A stretch of DNA of 32,936 bases from Pseudomonadota bacterium (GCA_040386415.1 JAZKFM010000156.1:1-32936); one strand, 5' to 3'; shown: positions 1 through 9,902, counted from the first letter of the stretch. Notes: generated from the sequence alone by a model not told the origin. Translations and numbers: made by a program.

Positions 1-73
1 CACGAAGTCTTTCCGCGAAGTTGCCGGAATCGCCGGGATGCAACTTCTGCGGGGCCCGCCGCGCAACCTCAGA

Positions 74-1141
74 TTATAGCAGCGCGCCGCGCCCCTGGGC
101 CTTCAGAGCCTCCACCGCGGCCTTGACCGAGGCGGTGGACTCGCGGCGGGTCACCAGCACGACCCCGTTCTCCACCACCACCACCAGGTCCTCGACGCCC
201 GCCAGGACCACCGTGTGGCCGTCGGTGCGGGCGATATTGCCCCGCGAGCCCACGGCGATGGCGTCGCCGTCCAGGGCGTTGCCGTCGCTGTCGCGCACCG
301 AGCCTTCCCAAAGCGCGTTCCAGTTGCCTACGTCGCTCCAGCCGATGTCGGCGCCCACCACGCTGGCGCGGTCGGTCTTCTCCATGATGGCGGTGTCGAT
401 GGCTTCCGAGGGCGCGGTGAGGAACTCTGGCGACAGCGCGATCACGTCGCCCCGTCGCTCAGCCTTGGCCACGCCCGCCTCGGCGGCGGCGCAGATGGCC
501 GGCGCCAGGCGGCGGCATTCGTCCAGGAAGGCGCGCGGGCTGAACATGAACATGCCGGCGTTCCAGCCGTAGTCCGGATCGGCGACGAAGACCTTGGCGG
601 TCTCCAGGTCCGGCTTCTCGACGAACTGGGCGACCTTGCGCACCAGGCCCGCGGGGCCTCCAGCGCGGATATAGCCGTAGATGGTTTCCGGGCCGGTGGG
701 CTTGAGACTGAAGATCACCACCTCGCCGGCCTGGGCCGCGGCCCGTCCCGCCTCGATGGCGGCGTGCAGGGCCGGCACGTCGGACACCAGGTTGTCGGCG
801 TGCAGCAGGATGAAGACTCCATCCGGATCGATCTCGGCGGCCACGGCGGCGGCGGCCACCGAGGCCGCGGCGGTGTTGCGGGGCGCGGGCTCGGCGATCA
901 GCGCCTGGGCCGTGATCCCCACCTCGGCGAGCTGGCTCCGCGTCAGGTCGATATGGGCCGCGGCGCAGACCACGATGGGCGGGTTGAACATCGGCCCGGT
1001 CACCCGCAGGGCGGTGGCCTGGATCAGGGTCTCCGCGCCGCCCAGGCGGTGGAACTGCTTGGGCTTGGCCTGGCGCGACAGGGGCCACAGGCGCGTCCCG
1101 GCCCCGCCGGACATCAGGATGGGCGTGATCTTCGAGGTCAT
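74..1141 (-). CDS. manC: Mannose-1-phosphate guanylyltransferase (no C-terminal cupin PMI domain)
   Basis: ILMSGGAGTRLWPLSRQAKPKQF, EPAPRNTA, FVEKPD, WNAGMF and GWSDVGNW motifs; 355 aa. Confidence 0.93.
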   Translation of the reverse strand: MTSKITPILMSGGAGTRLWPLSRQAKPKQFHRLGGAETLIQATALRVTGPMFNPPIVVCAAAHIDLTRSQLAEVGITAQALIAEPAPRNTAAASVAAAAVAAEIDPDGVFILLHADNLVSDVPALHAAIEAGRAAAQAGEVVIFSLKPTGPETIYGYIRAGGPAGLVRKVAQFVEKPDLETAKVFVADPDYGWNAGMFMFSPRAFLDECRRLAPAICAAAEAGVAKAERRGDVIALSPEFLTAPSEAIDTAIMEKTDRASVVGADIGWSDVGNWNALWEGSVRDSDGNALDGDAIAVGSRGNIARTDGHTVVLAGVEDLVVVVENGVVLVTRRESTASVKAAVEALKAQGRGALL

Positions 1142-1151
1142 GGTTTCGCGC

Positions 1152-2981
1152 TTAGGCCGCTTCGGACGGCGGGTCGAATTCGGAAACCAGGTGGCCAGGC
1201 GCCACCTCCTTCAACGCGGGCACATAGACCTGCCCCAGAGGGTCGGCCGACAGGCGCGAGGGCAGGAAGCGCAGGGCGCTGCGCGGGTCCATGGGGCTCG
1301 GCGGCTCCCCCGACAGCTTCAGACGCTTGCGGGAGCGTTCCCGGACCGGATCGGGGATCGGGGCCGCCGACAGCAGGGCCTTGGTGTAGGGGTGGTGGGG
1401 ATTGGCGTAGAGCTGCTCGCGCTCGGCCTGTTCCATCACCCGGCCCAGATAGAGCACCATCACCCGGTGGCTGATCTCGCGCACCACCGCCAGGTCGTGG
1501 CTGATGAAGATCATCGCCAGGCCCATCTCCTTCTGCAGCTCTATCAGCAGGTCGATGATCTGGGCGCGGATCGAGACGTCGAGGGCCGAGACCGCCTCGT
1601 CGCAGATCACCAGTTTCGGCTTCAGGATCATGGCGCGCGCGATGCCGACCCTCTGGTTCTGGCCGCCGGACAGTTCGTGCGGATAGCGGTTGATCAGGGC
1701 CGGCAGCAGACCGACCTTGGCCATCATGGCGGCCACCTCGGCGTCGCGCTCGGCGCGCTTCAGCTGCGGCTTGAACACCTGCAGGGGCTCGGCGATGGAG
1801 TCGCCGATGGTCACCCGGGGGTCGAGGCTGGCCAGGGGGTCCTGGAAGACGATCTGCAGGTCGCGCCGGGCGGCCCGCATGGTTTCCTTGTCCGCGCCGG
1901 TGATGTCGCGGCCCAGCAGGGTGACCGCCCCGCCGGTGGCCGGGATCAGGTTGATGACAGCCCGCGCCAGGGTGGACTTGCCGCAGCCGCTTTCGCCCAC
2001 CACGCCGAGGGTCTCGCCCTGGCGAACCTGGAAGGAGACGCCGTCCACCGCGCGCAGGTTGCGCTTGGCGCCGAACAGCCCCTCGTGCATCGGGAACCAG
2101 ACCTTGATGTCGCGGCCCTCCACCACGACGGGGGCGTCGGCGGCGACGGGGCTCAGGGTCGGACGGCCGCCACGGTCGGAGCGGTCCAGGCGCGGGATCG
2201 CGTCCAGCAGGGCTCGGGTATAGGGGTTCTTCGGCGCGGCGAAGATGGCCTCGGCCCCGCCCTCCTCGACATAGGCGCCGTCCTTCATCACGCAGACCCG
2301 GTCGGCGAGGCGGGCGATGACCCCCATGTCGTGGGTGATCAGCACCATGGCCGTACCGGTTTCGCGCTTCAGCTCGGCCATCAGGTCGAGGATCTCGGCC
2401 TGGACGGTGACATCGAGGGCGGTGGTGGGCTCGTCGGCGATCAGCAGGGCGGGCGAGCCGGCCATGGCCGCGGCGATCATCACCCGCTGGCGCATGCCGC
2501 CGGAGAGCTCGTGCGGGTACTGGCGCAGGCGGCGCTCGGCGTCGGGGATGCGGACCCGCTCCAGCCAGTCCTTGGCGTGCCTGGTGGCCGCCTCGCCGGA
2601 CATGCCCAGGTGCAGACGCAGGGGTTCGGCGATCTGCTCGCCGATGCGGACGTGGGGGGTGAGCGCGGTGAGCGGATCCTGGAAGATCATGGTCATCTTC
2701 GAGCCGCGGATCTTGTTGAGCGCCGCGGGCTTGGTGTTCAGCAGTTCGGTCCCGAGGAACTTGGCCGAGCCGGCGGCCTTGCCGTTGCGGGCCAGCAGGC
2801 CCATCAGCGCCATGAAGGTCTGGCTCTTGCCCGAGCCGCTCTCGCCGACCACGCCCAGGGTCTCGCCGCGGGCCACGTCCAGGGACACGCCGCGCACGGC
2901 GGCGACCACCCCGTCATGGGTGGCGAAATCGACCTTGAGGTCCTTGATGGAAAGCACGGGAGCGGCGGCTGAATCGGCCAA
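1152..2981 (-). CDS. Dipeptide/oligopeptide ABC transporter ATP-binding protein with two ATPase domains
   Basis: Two Walker A motifs ([16 protein letters not shown]), two YPHELSGG signatures, [12 protein letters not shown]; TTG start. Confidence 0.92.
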   Translation of the reverse strand: MADSAAAPVLSIKDLKVDFATHDGVVAAVRGVSLDVARGETLGVVGESGSGKSQTFMALMGLLARNGKAAGSAKFLGTELLNTKPAALNKIRGSKMTMIFQDPLTALTPHVRIGEQIAEPLRLHLGMSGEAATRHAKDWLERVRIPDAERRLRQYPHELSGGMRQRVMIAAAMAGSPALLIADEPTTALDVTVQAEILDLMAELKRETGTAMVLITHDMGVIARLADRVCVMKDGAYVEEGGAEAIFAAPKNPYTRALLDAIPRLDRSDRGGRPTLSPVAADAPVVVEGRDIKVWFPMHEGLFGAKRNLRAVDGVSFQVRQGETLGVVGESGCGKSTLARAVINLIPATGGAVTLLGRDITGADKETMRAARRDLQIVFQDPLASLDPRVTIGDSIAEPLQVFKPQLKRAERDAEVAAMMAKVGLLPALINRYPHELSGGQNQRVGIARAMILKPKLVICDEAVSALDVSIRAQIIDLLIELQKEMGLAMIFISHDLAVVREISHRVMVLYLGRVMEQAEREQLYANPHHPYTKALLSAAPIPDPVRERSRKRLKLSGEPPSPMDPRSALRFLPSRLSADPLGQVYVPALKEVAPGHLVSEFDPPSEAA

Positions 2982-3108
2982 GGCGACCTCGAAAACAGGA
3001 AGGGACCGCCGACCATAGCCGGGGCGGTGTGTCGGCGAAATGGCGCGTTACGAAAGCTTAAGTCCAGACCCCCGCGACGCCGCGCGGGCTTGGCGTTAGA
3101 GTGCCACG

Positions 3109-3630
3109 GTGAGCGCGCCCCACCAGACCCCCCGCCCCGCCCTGTTCCTCGATCGCGACGGGGTGCTCAACGAAGACCCCGGCTATGTCTATCGCTGGGA
3201 GGACTTCGTCTGGATTCCGGGCGCCCGGGAGGCCATCGCCGCCTTCAACGCCGCGGGCTGGTGGGTGTTCGTGGTGACCAACCAGTCGGGGGTGGGCCGG
3301 GGTTACTACACCGAGGCCGACGTCCAGAAGCTGCACGTCCAGATGAGCGCCGACCTCGCCAAGGCCGGCGCCCGGGTCGACGCCTTCTACTATTGCCCGC
3401 AGCATCCCGAGGCGGCGAGCGAGATCTATCGCCACCCCGATCCGCCCAACCGCAAGCCCAATCCCGGCATGCTGCTGCAGGCGATCGAAGAGTTCCCCGT
3501 CGATCTGTCGCGCTCCCTGATGGTGGGCGACAAGGACGGCGACGTGGAGGCCGGTCGCCGCGCCGGTGTCCGGGGCCTGAAATTCACCGGCGGCGACCTG
3601 AAGACCTTCCTGGAAGGGGAGCTGACATGA
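3109..3630 (+). CDS. gmhB: D-glycero-D-manno-heptose-1,7-bisphosphate phosphatase (HAD IIIA)
   Basis: LFLDRDGVLN, VVTNQSG, YCPQHP, RKPNPGML and MVGDK motifs. Confidence 0.85.
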   Translation: MSAPHQTPRPALFLDRDGVLNEDPGYVYRWEDFVWIPGAREAIAAFNAAGWWVFVVTNQSGVGRGYYTEADVQKLHVQMSADLAKAGARVDAFYYCPQHPEAASEIYRHPDPPNRKPNPGMLLQAIEEFPVDLSRSLMVGDKDGDVEAGRRAGVRGLKFTGGDLKTFLEGELT

Positions 3631-4544
3631 GCGCCATGATCGATGTCGCCGGCGTGGTCTACGACTATCCGGCGGCTCGCGCCCTGCACGGGGTGTCCTT
3701 CCAGGTCCAGGCCGGCGCGGTGCTGGCCCTGGTGGGACCCAATGGGGCGGGCAAGTCGACCCTGATGCGCTGCATCGCGGCCCTCGACGTCCCCACCGAG
3801 GGGACCATCCGGGTGGCCGGCCTCGACGTGGAGGCCGACCCGCGCGGTGTGCACGCGGCGATAGGCTACCTGCCCGACTTCTTCGGCCTCTATGAGGAAC
3901 TGTCGGTGCGAAAGGCCCTGACCTACGCGGCCCGCTCCCGGGGTGTGGCGGTCACCGAGACGGCCGCCGCCGTGGAGATGGCGGCCGCCCGGGTGCAGCT
4001 CACCGACCGCCTGGAGGCGCGGGCCGGCGAACTGTCTCGGGGGCTGAAGCAGCGCCTGGCCATCGCCCAGACCATCGTTCACCAGCCCCGCGTCCTGCTG
4101 CTGGATGAACCCGCGGCCGGTCTCGATCCCGAGGCCCGGCGCAGCCTGTCGGACCTGATCCTGTCGCTTGCCAAGGACGGCATGACCATCGTGGTCTCCT
4201 CCCACATCCTGGCCGAGCTTGAGGACTACTCCACCCAGATGCTGATGATCCGCGACGGCGCCGTGGCCGGCGGCGGGGTGGTGGCGGCCGGGGGCGGACA
4301 CCAGGACGGCGCGCGGGTGGAGGTCACCTTCGCCCAACCGCCGCTCGATTTGGCCGAACGGCTGGAGGCGCTCGGCGTCACCGTGGAGAAGGTCACCGGC
4401 GACACCGCCACCCTGGCCCTGCCGGAGGGCGAGGACGACTCGGCCCTGCTGGGCAAGCTGATCGGGGCGGGGCTGAAGGTCAGGTCCTTCCAGGCGGCGC
4501 GAAAGACCCTCGAAGACGCCTATCTGGCGGAGGTGGCCCGATGA
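3627..4544 (+). CDS. ABC-2 type transporter ATP-binding protein
   Basis: GPNGAGKS, LSRGLKQR, LLLDEP, SSHIL; ATG at 3627 overlaps the gmhB stop (ATGA). The upstream extension in the ORF track is not credible. Confidence 0.9.
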   Translation: MSAMIDVAGVVYDYPAARALHGVSFQVQAGAVLALVGPNGAGKSTLMRCIAALDVPTEGTIRVAGLDVEADPRGVHAAIGYLPDFFGLYEELSVRKALTYAARSRGVAVTETAAAVEMAAARVQLTDRLEARAGELSRGLKQRLAIAQTIVHQPRVLLLDEPAAGLDPEARRSLSDLILSLAKDGMTIVVSSHILAELEDYSTQMLMIRDGAVAGGGVVAAGGGHQDGARVEVTFAQPPLDLAERLEALGVTVEKVTGDTATLALPEGEDDSALLGKLIGAGLKVRSFQAARKTLEDAYLAEVAR

Positions 4545-5893
4545 ACCCGGAATTCCAGCGCAATCTCTGGCTCGAGGCCTCGCCCCGGCGCGTGGCTTGG
4601 GCGGCCGTCGTAGTGGTGCTGATCTACGGCGCCACAGCCCTGGTGGCGCGGGACTCACTGGACGGACCCCTGCCGGCCATGGCCGGCGTCGGTGGCTTCG
4701 TCTTCGTCATCTGCGGCCTGCTGTGGGGCTCGCGCGCCGCCGGCGGCGCGGTGCTGGGGGAAATCGCCGACCGCACCTGGGATTTCCAGAGACTCTCGGC
4801 CCTCACCCCCTGGTCCATGACCTGGGGCAAGCTGCTGGGCGCCTCGTCCCTGGCCTGGATCTGCGCGCTCACCGGCGTCGCCCTGATGGCCGGCCTGATG
4901 CTGGTCCAGGGCCAGCCCGGCGCGCTGTGGATGCTGGCCTTCCTCATCGCGCTGGCCCTCTTCCTCCAGGCCGCCTGCCTGGCCGCAGCCTTGATCGGGG
5001 TCCGCAAGGCCCGAGCCGAGGGCCGGGTCGCCCGGGCCGGCGGGGTGTTCTGGGGCCTGATCGTCGGCCTGTTCCTGCTGTCGGCGGTGGCCGGATCGTC
5101 GGGCTTCCAGCGTGGCGCCGGCCTCGCGGGCTTCTCGTCCTTCCTTTATGCGCGGGGCGACATCACCTGGTGGGGCCAGGTCTTCCCGGCGCTGGCCTTC
5201 CGCACGTTGGCGACCCTGGCCTTCGCCGGCTGGGCCCTGGCCGGCGCCTGGCGGCTGATGCGGCTGGAGCTGCAGATGAAGAACCTGCCGGTGGTGTGGC
5301 CGGCCTTCCTGATCTTCCTGGCGGTCTTCCTCAGCGGCTTCGCCTATGCCGGGGGCGGCTTGGCCGCGGCCCTGCTGGTGGGCGCGCTCGCCGTGGCCCT
5401 GGCAGCCTATGTCGCGGCCTTCGCCGAGCCCGCCGATCGGGTGCGGCTGCGACAGTTCGCGGCCTCCGCGGCGAAGGGTGACCTGGCCCGCGCCCTGCCC
5501 CTGACTCCCGCCGCCATCGCGCCCTTCCTGCTCGCCCTGATCCTGGTGGTCACAGCCCTCGTGGTCGCGGGGACCGGCTCGATGTTCGGCCAGGGCCCAG
5601 ACCCGGCCCAGGCCGCCGCCCTGCTGGCCTTTGTCCTGCGCGACCTGGCGGTGATCGCGCTGTTCCGCTTCGGGCCCCGCCCGCAGCGCGGCGACTTCGG
5701 CGCGGTGGTGGCGCTCGCCCTGCTCTACGGGGTGGGCGGTATCGTCGGCTCGGTCATCAGCCCCGGAACCGGCCAGGCGCTGTTCGTGCCCATGTCCACC
5801 GCGCCGTGGGCCAGCCTCGCCTCTGGCCTCGCCCAGGCCGCCATCGCCTGGGCGCTCGCCTGGCGGCGGATCAAGGCTCCCGAGGTCAGGTAG
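4541..5893 (+). CDS. Multi-pass membrane protein, probable ABC-2 permease
   Basis: Many hydrophobic helices; EIADRTWDFQRLSAL..GKL permease-like loop; ATGA overlap with the ATPase gene. Confidence 0.75.
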   Translation: MNPEFQRNLWLEASPRRVAWAAVVVVLIYGATALVARDSLDGPLPAMAGVGGFVFVICGLLWGSRAAGGAVLGEIADRTWDFQRLSALTPWSMTWGKLLGASSLAWICALTGVALMAGLMLVQGQPGALWMLAFLIALALFLQAACLAAALIGVRKARAEGRVARAGGVFWGLIVGLFLLSAVAGSSGFQRGAGLAGFSSFLYARGDITWWGQVFPALAFRTLATLAFAGWALAGAWRLMRLELQMKNLPVVWPAFLIFLAVFLSGFAYAGGGLAAALLVGALAVALAAYVAAFAEPADRVRLRQFAASAAKGDLARALPLTPAAIAPFLLALILVVTALVVAGTGSMFGQGPDPAQAAALLAFVLRDLAVIALFRFGPRPQRGDFGAVVALALLYGVGGIVGSVISPGTGQALFVPMSTAPWASLASGLAQAAIAWALAWRRIKAPEVR

Positions 5894-5895
5894 CC

Positions 5896-6060
5896 CAGCT
5901 TCCCCCACGCATGTGGGGGAAGTGTCACAAGGCTCGCGCAGCGAGACGCGTGACGATGGGGGTGAGTATCTGGAACGCCTGGGGGCTGCAGACTCGCACC
6001 CCCATCGACCCTCCAGCCAAATGGCTGTCGGCCCACTTCCCCCATGAATGGGGGAAGCTG
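5896..6060. repeat. Structured palindromic intergenic repeat, family A copy 1 (REPIN-like)
   Basis: Terminal IR cagcttccccca/tgggggaagctg, nested hairpins, inner IR cgatgggggtg/cacccccatcg; homologous to 29563..29731. Confidence 0.9.
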
Positions 6061-6065
6061 AGGGG

Positions 6066-7682
6066 TCACCGCCCCTCCATCTTCTCCAGCATCCCCTCCA
6101 GGGTGGCCAATTCGTCGGCCTCGCCGGCGGGTTTGTCCCAGCGGATGCGGTGGATGCGGGGGAAGCGCATGGCGACGCCGGACTTGTGGCGGGTGGAGCG
6201 TTGCAGGCCTTCAAAGGCCACCTCGAACACCAGGCCGAAGTGGGGCTCGGCCTTCACAGAGCGCACGGGGCCGAACCGCTCGAGGGTGTTGTCGCGGACG
6301 AACTTGTCGATCTGCTTCAGCTCCTCGTCGGTGAAGCCGAAATAGGCCTTGCCCACCGGGGTCAGGGCCCGCTTGCCCTCCACCTCCGTCCAGACCCCGA
6401 AGGTGTAGTCGGAATAGAAGCTGGAGCGCTTGCCGTGACCGCGCTGGGCGTACATCAGCACCGCGTCGATCAGGAGCGGATCGCGCTTCCACTTGAACCA
6501 GGGCCCCTTGGGCCGGCCGGCCTCGTAGATCGAGTCCCAGCGCTTCAGCATCAGGCCCTCGGCGATCTGCGGATCGCCTGGCGGGGGCGCGGCGCGCAGG
6601 GCCGCCAGCTCGGCCCAGGTCTCGAAGGGCTGCAGCGGCGAGAGGTCGATGCGCCGGGTGGCCAGCCGGCCCACAAAGGCTTCAAGCCGTACGCGCCGCT
6701 CGCGGAAGGACAGGGTGCGGGTGTCTTCCCCCGCCTCCGCCAGCAGATCATAGGCGCGGATGCCGGCGGGATGCCTGGCCATCAGCTTCGCATCGACGGT
6801 CTTGCGGTTCAGCCGCTGCTGCAGGTCCCCGAAACTGGCCACCCCGTCGTCGCCCATCACCAGCAACTCGCCGTCCAGGGCGCCCTCGAAGTCGAGAACC
6901 TCCAGCACGTCGGGGAAGGTCTTTGAGATGTCGTCGCCGTTGCGGGTGTAGAGGCGCCGCACCCCCTCCTCGTTCACCGCCTGGACGCGGATGCCGTCCC
7001 ACTTCCATTCCGCCCCATAGTCGGCGGGGTCGAGCTTGCCGAAGTCGACGGCCTCGTCGATGGACTGGGCCAGCATGGTAGGGCGGAAGCGGCCGGGCGA
7101 ATCCGGCCGTGGACGGTCCGAGCGGCCCTCCAGCCAGGCGAACAGGTCCTCATAGGGCGGGTGCAGGGCGTGCCAGACCTCCTCCACCTCGTTGATCGCC
7201 ACCCCGCCCAGGTCCGCCGCCGCCTGCTTGGCCAGGCGGCCGGAGACCCCGACCCGAAGCCCCCCGGTCATCAGCTTCAGGAGGGCCCAGCGGCCTGTCG
7301 GCTGCAGCACGTCCAGCCAGGCCTCGATCAGACGCTGCACCTCGGCGCGGGTCGCCCCACGCAGGGCGTCAACGACTTCAGACAGTTCCGGCTCGCGGTT
7401 GGCGCCGGGGCGTGCGGGCCAGACCAGGGCCACGGTCTCGGCCAGATCCCCCACATAGTCGTAGGACCAGCGGAACAGAAGCGGGTCCATCCGTTCCTCC
7501 ACCGCCTTGCGGATGAAGGCCGGCTTGGCGGCGTCGAAGGTCAGGTCTCCCGTCAGCGAGGCGAGCGCCCAGCCCCGGTCGGGATCGGGCGTCTCGCGCA
7601 GATAGTCGCGCACCAAGGTCAGCTTGGCGTTGCGCGACGCCGTCAGCGACAGGCGGTCCAGCAGTTCGGCGAAGGCGCGCAT
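6066..7682 (-). CDS. ATP-dependent DNA ligase (ligase-associated damage-response family)
   Basis: Motif I EWKWDGIR, DGELL, EGLMLK, WFKWKRDP, AMRFPRI. Confidence 0.93.
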   Translation of the reverse strand: MRAFAELLDRLSLTASRNAKLTLVRDYLRETPDPDRGWALASLTGDLTFDAAKPAFIRKAVEERMDPLLFRWSYDYVGDLAETVALVWPARPGANREPELSEVVDALRGATRAEVQRLIEAWLDVLQPTGRWALLKLMTGGLRVGVSGRLAKQAAADLGGVAINEVEEVWHALHPPYEDLFAWLEGRSDRPRPDSPGRFRPTMLAQSIDEAVDFGKLDPADYGAEWKWDGIRVQAVNEEGVRRLYTRNGDDISKTFPDVLEVLDFEGALDGELLVMGDDGVASFGDLQQRLNRKTVDAKLMARHPAGIRAYDLLAEAGEDTRTLSFRERRVRLEAFVGRLATRRIDLSPLQPFETWAELAALRAAPPPGDPQIAEGLMLKRWDSIYEAGRPKGPWFKWKRDPLLIDAVLMYAQRGHGKRSSFYSDYTFGVWTEVEGKRALTPVGKAYFGFTDEELKQIDKFVRDNTLERFGPVRSVKAEPHFGLVFEVAFEGLQRSTRHKSGVAMRFPRIHRIRWDKPAGEADELATLEGMLEKMEGR

Positions 7683-7750
7683 GGGAGGAGAAGTCTATGT
7701 CCCCCCGGGCGGTTGCGCGACCCCGGTGCGAAACCGGAGCCGCATGAACC

Positions 7751-8659
7751 TTAGTCCGCCTTCGGCAGGTCCCTGGGCTTGCGGCCCCAGCGCGGCAGGC
7801 GGCGGCGGAAGACCCACAGCAGCCCGCCGATCACCAGGACCCAGGGGGCCAGGACGGCGACGGCGCGGATCATCACCGCCACGGTCCCCGCCAGGATGTC
7901 GGCGACGTCGCCGAAGGCGCGGCTGACCGGCGACCAGGCGCCCTCGGGGGCCAGCACCCCGCCGGACTCGTAGGTCAGCTTGATCTCCGAGGTGGCGACG
8001 CGGCCGCGCATCATGGTCAGTTCCGACTGGGTGGCGTCGATCTCGCCCTGCACCCGGGCCAGTTCGCGCTCCACCTCCAGCAGGTCCGACAGCTTGCCGG
8101 GACGGCTGGCCAGCAGGGCCTGCAGCCGGTCGCGCAGGGTGGTGCGGGCGCGGAGCGCGGCCTCCGAGTCGACGATCTGGCGCGAGAGGTCCTCGGACTC
8201 CACGGCCGCGCGCACCAGCCGGCCGCCATTGGCCTTGGCTTCGGCGCCCAGGGACTCGCGGAACCGCTTCAGCCAGGCCGGCGCGGCCTTCAGGGTGAGG
8301 TTGGCGCTGACCCGATCCTCGCCGGCCTCCGAGACCGACGACCCCACCACCTGGCAGACCGCCGCGCCCGCAGCGGCGCAGGCCGCTTCATGGCGGGAAA
8401 CCAGGGTGCGGATCGCCTTGGGCGGGGCGCTGATGGCGTAGTCGTAGCTGTAGGCCAGCATCGGGATGTTGACCGGCAGAGGCGCCTGAGGGGCCGCACC
8501 GCCCTTGGCTTGGGCCGGCGCGCTGGCCGCGGCGCTGTCGGCCAAGGCGGCGGGGGCCATCTGCGCAGCCTCCTCGGAGGCGAGGTTCTCAGATCGTTCG
8601 GCGGGTTGGGAACAGGCGCTGAGGATCAGGCTGGCGGCGAGGACGGCGACGACACGCAT
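7751..8659 (-). CDS. DUF4349-like lipoprotein
   Basis: Lipobox LILSAC after ATG at 8659; SEDLS..IVD..A.L..R.RL..LL..LLEVERELARVQGEID coiled coil; C-terminal TM helix. Confidence 0.82.
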   Translation of the reverse strand: MRVVAVLAASLILSACSQPAERSENLASEEAAQMAPAALADSAAASAPAQAKGGAAPQAPLPVNIPMLAYSYDYAISAPPKAIRTLVSRHEAACAAAGAAVCQVVGSSVSEAGEDRVSANLTLKAAPAWLKRFRESLGAEAKANGGRLVRAAVESEDLSRQIVDSEAALRARTTLRDRLQALLASRPGKLSDLLEVERELARVQGEIDATQSELTMMRGRVATSEIKLTYESGGVLAPEGAWSPVSRAFGDVADILAGTVAVMIRAVAVLAPWVLVIGGLLWVFRRRLPRWGRKPRDLPKAD

Positions 8660-8726
8660 AGGCTCAAAGTCCTTCTGCCCCGTGATCGCGGACGGTAACA
8701 GGTCCGTGATCGCCTGCAAGGGTGCG

Positions 8727-9740
8727 TTAGCCGTCCTCTTCATCATCGTCATATCCCACCAGGGCCAGCGCCCGGGCCTGGATGCCGTGCAACTGCGCCC
8801 AACGGGCCAGGGCCTCCTCGCGCCCATGGGTGATCCACAGCTCGCCCGGGCGCAGTTCGTCCACCGTGGCGGTGAGCTCGTCCCAGTCGGCATGATCGGA
8901 GATCACCAGGGGCAGCTCGGTGCCCCGCTGGCGGGCGCGGGCGCGGACCTGCATCCACCCCGAGGCGAAAGCCTGGACCGGGTCGGGGAAGCGGCGCGAC
9001 CAGCGGTCCTGCAGGGCCGAGGGCGGGCCGACGACGATGGCCCCGGCGAAGTCCTGCTTGGTGGCCACGGTGGCGGGCGCGAGCGGGCCCAGGTCGATCC
9101 CGTGGTCCTCATAGAGCCGGTTCAGCCGCTCCAGGGCGCCGTGGACGTAGATGGTCTTGTCCCAGCCGGCCTCCCGCAGCAGGCAGATCACCCGCTGCGC
9201 CTTGCCGAGCGCATAGGCGCCCACCAGGTGGGAGCGCTCCGGGAATTGGGCCACCGAGCGGAGCAGCCGGGCGATCTCGCCCGAATCCGGCGGGTGTCGG
9301 AACACCGGCAGGCCGAAGGTGGCCTCGGTGATGAACACGTCGCAGGGGACGGGCTCGAAGGGCGGGCAGGTGGGGTCGCGCCGACGCTTGTAGTCCCCCG
9401 ACACCACCATGGTCAGGCCCTTCCACTGGACCACCGCCTGGGCCGAGCCCAGGACGTGGCCGGCGGGGACCAGGGTCACATCCACCTCGTCGCGGCGGAC
9501 GGTCACGCCATAGGGCGCGGCCTCCGTGGCGGCGGCGAAGTCGGCGCCGTAGCGCTCGGCCATAATGGCCAGGGTCTCAGGGGTGGCCATCACCGCGCCG
9601 TGGCCGGAACGGGCATGGTCGGAGTGGCCATGGGTGACCACGGCCCGGTCCACCGGCCGGGTGGGGTCGATATAGAAGTCCCCCGGGGGGCAGTAGAGGC
9701 CGGCAGGCGTGGGGCGCAGCAGGGATTCAGGCTTGATCAT
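8727..9740 (-). CDS. Ligase-associated DNA damage response exonuclease (metallo-beta-lactamase/beta-CASP)
   Basis: GLYCPPGDFYIDP, THGHSDH, AGHVLGS, ITEATFGLP, SDHADW; an alternative GTG start exists at 9752. Confidence 0.92.
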   Translation of the reverse strand: MIKPESLLRPTPAGLYCPPGDFYIDPTRPVDRAVVTHGHSDHARSGHGAVMATPETLAIMAERYGADFAAATEAAPYGVTVRRDEVDVTLVPAGHVLGSAQAVVQWKGLTMVVSGDYKRRRDPTCPPFEPVPCDVFITEATFGLPVFRHPPDSGEIARLLRSVAQFPERSHLVGAYALGKAQRVICLLREAGWDKTIYVHGALERLNRLYEDHGIDLGPLAPATVATKQDFAGAIVVGPPSALQDRWSRRFPDPVQAFASGWMQVRARARQRGTELPLVISDHADWDELTATVDELRPGELWITHGREEALARWAQLHGIQARALALVGYDDDEEDG

Positions 9741-9902
9741 CGCGGCCGCCACATCCGGAAAAGCTCCACCTTACGGGCCATTAATATTGTGAATTCAACG
9801 TCATGACCAAGACTTAACGGGTCTTTCGCCGACGGTCCGCCTACACCGCCGCTCGAGACGAACGCCCCTCGCAGCGCTTCGCTCCAACCGAAAGAAAACG
9901 CC

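Noticed and set aside
13-52. Imperfect inverted repeat ccgcgaagttgc..gcaacttctgcgg downstream of manC
   Set aside because: No U-tract and it lies at the window edge; cannot be called a terminator or operator
681-2972. 763 aa + strand ORF and similar long antisense ORFs (24880..26850, 27042..28634, 17279..18910)
   Set aside because: Shadow frames of well-supported genes in high-GC DNA; no motifs of their own
3027-3626. N-terminal extension of the ABC ATPase ORF
   Set aside because: Overlaps gmhB out of frame with Arg/Pro-rich junk sequence; the ATG at 3627 is coupled to the gmhB stop
5806-6345. ORF sharing the peptide VTMGV..RTPIDPPAK with 28638..29714
   Set aside because: The similarity comes from translating the family A repeat, not from a protein family
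8660-8893. Upstream extension of the DUF4349 ORF
   Set aside because: Overlaps the exonuclease gene; the lipoprotein signal starts at ATG 8659
9771-9784. CtrA-like TTAC-N6-TTAA (also at 3048-3061)
   Set aside because: Spacing is 6 rather than 7 and one half-site mismatches
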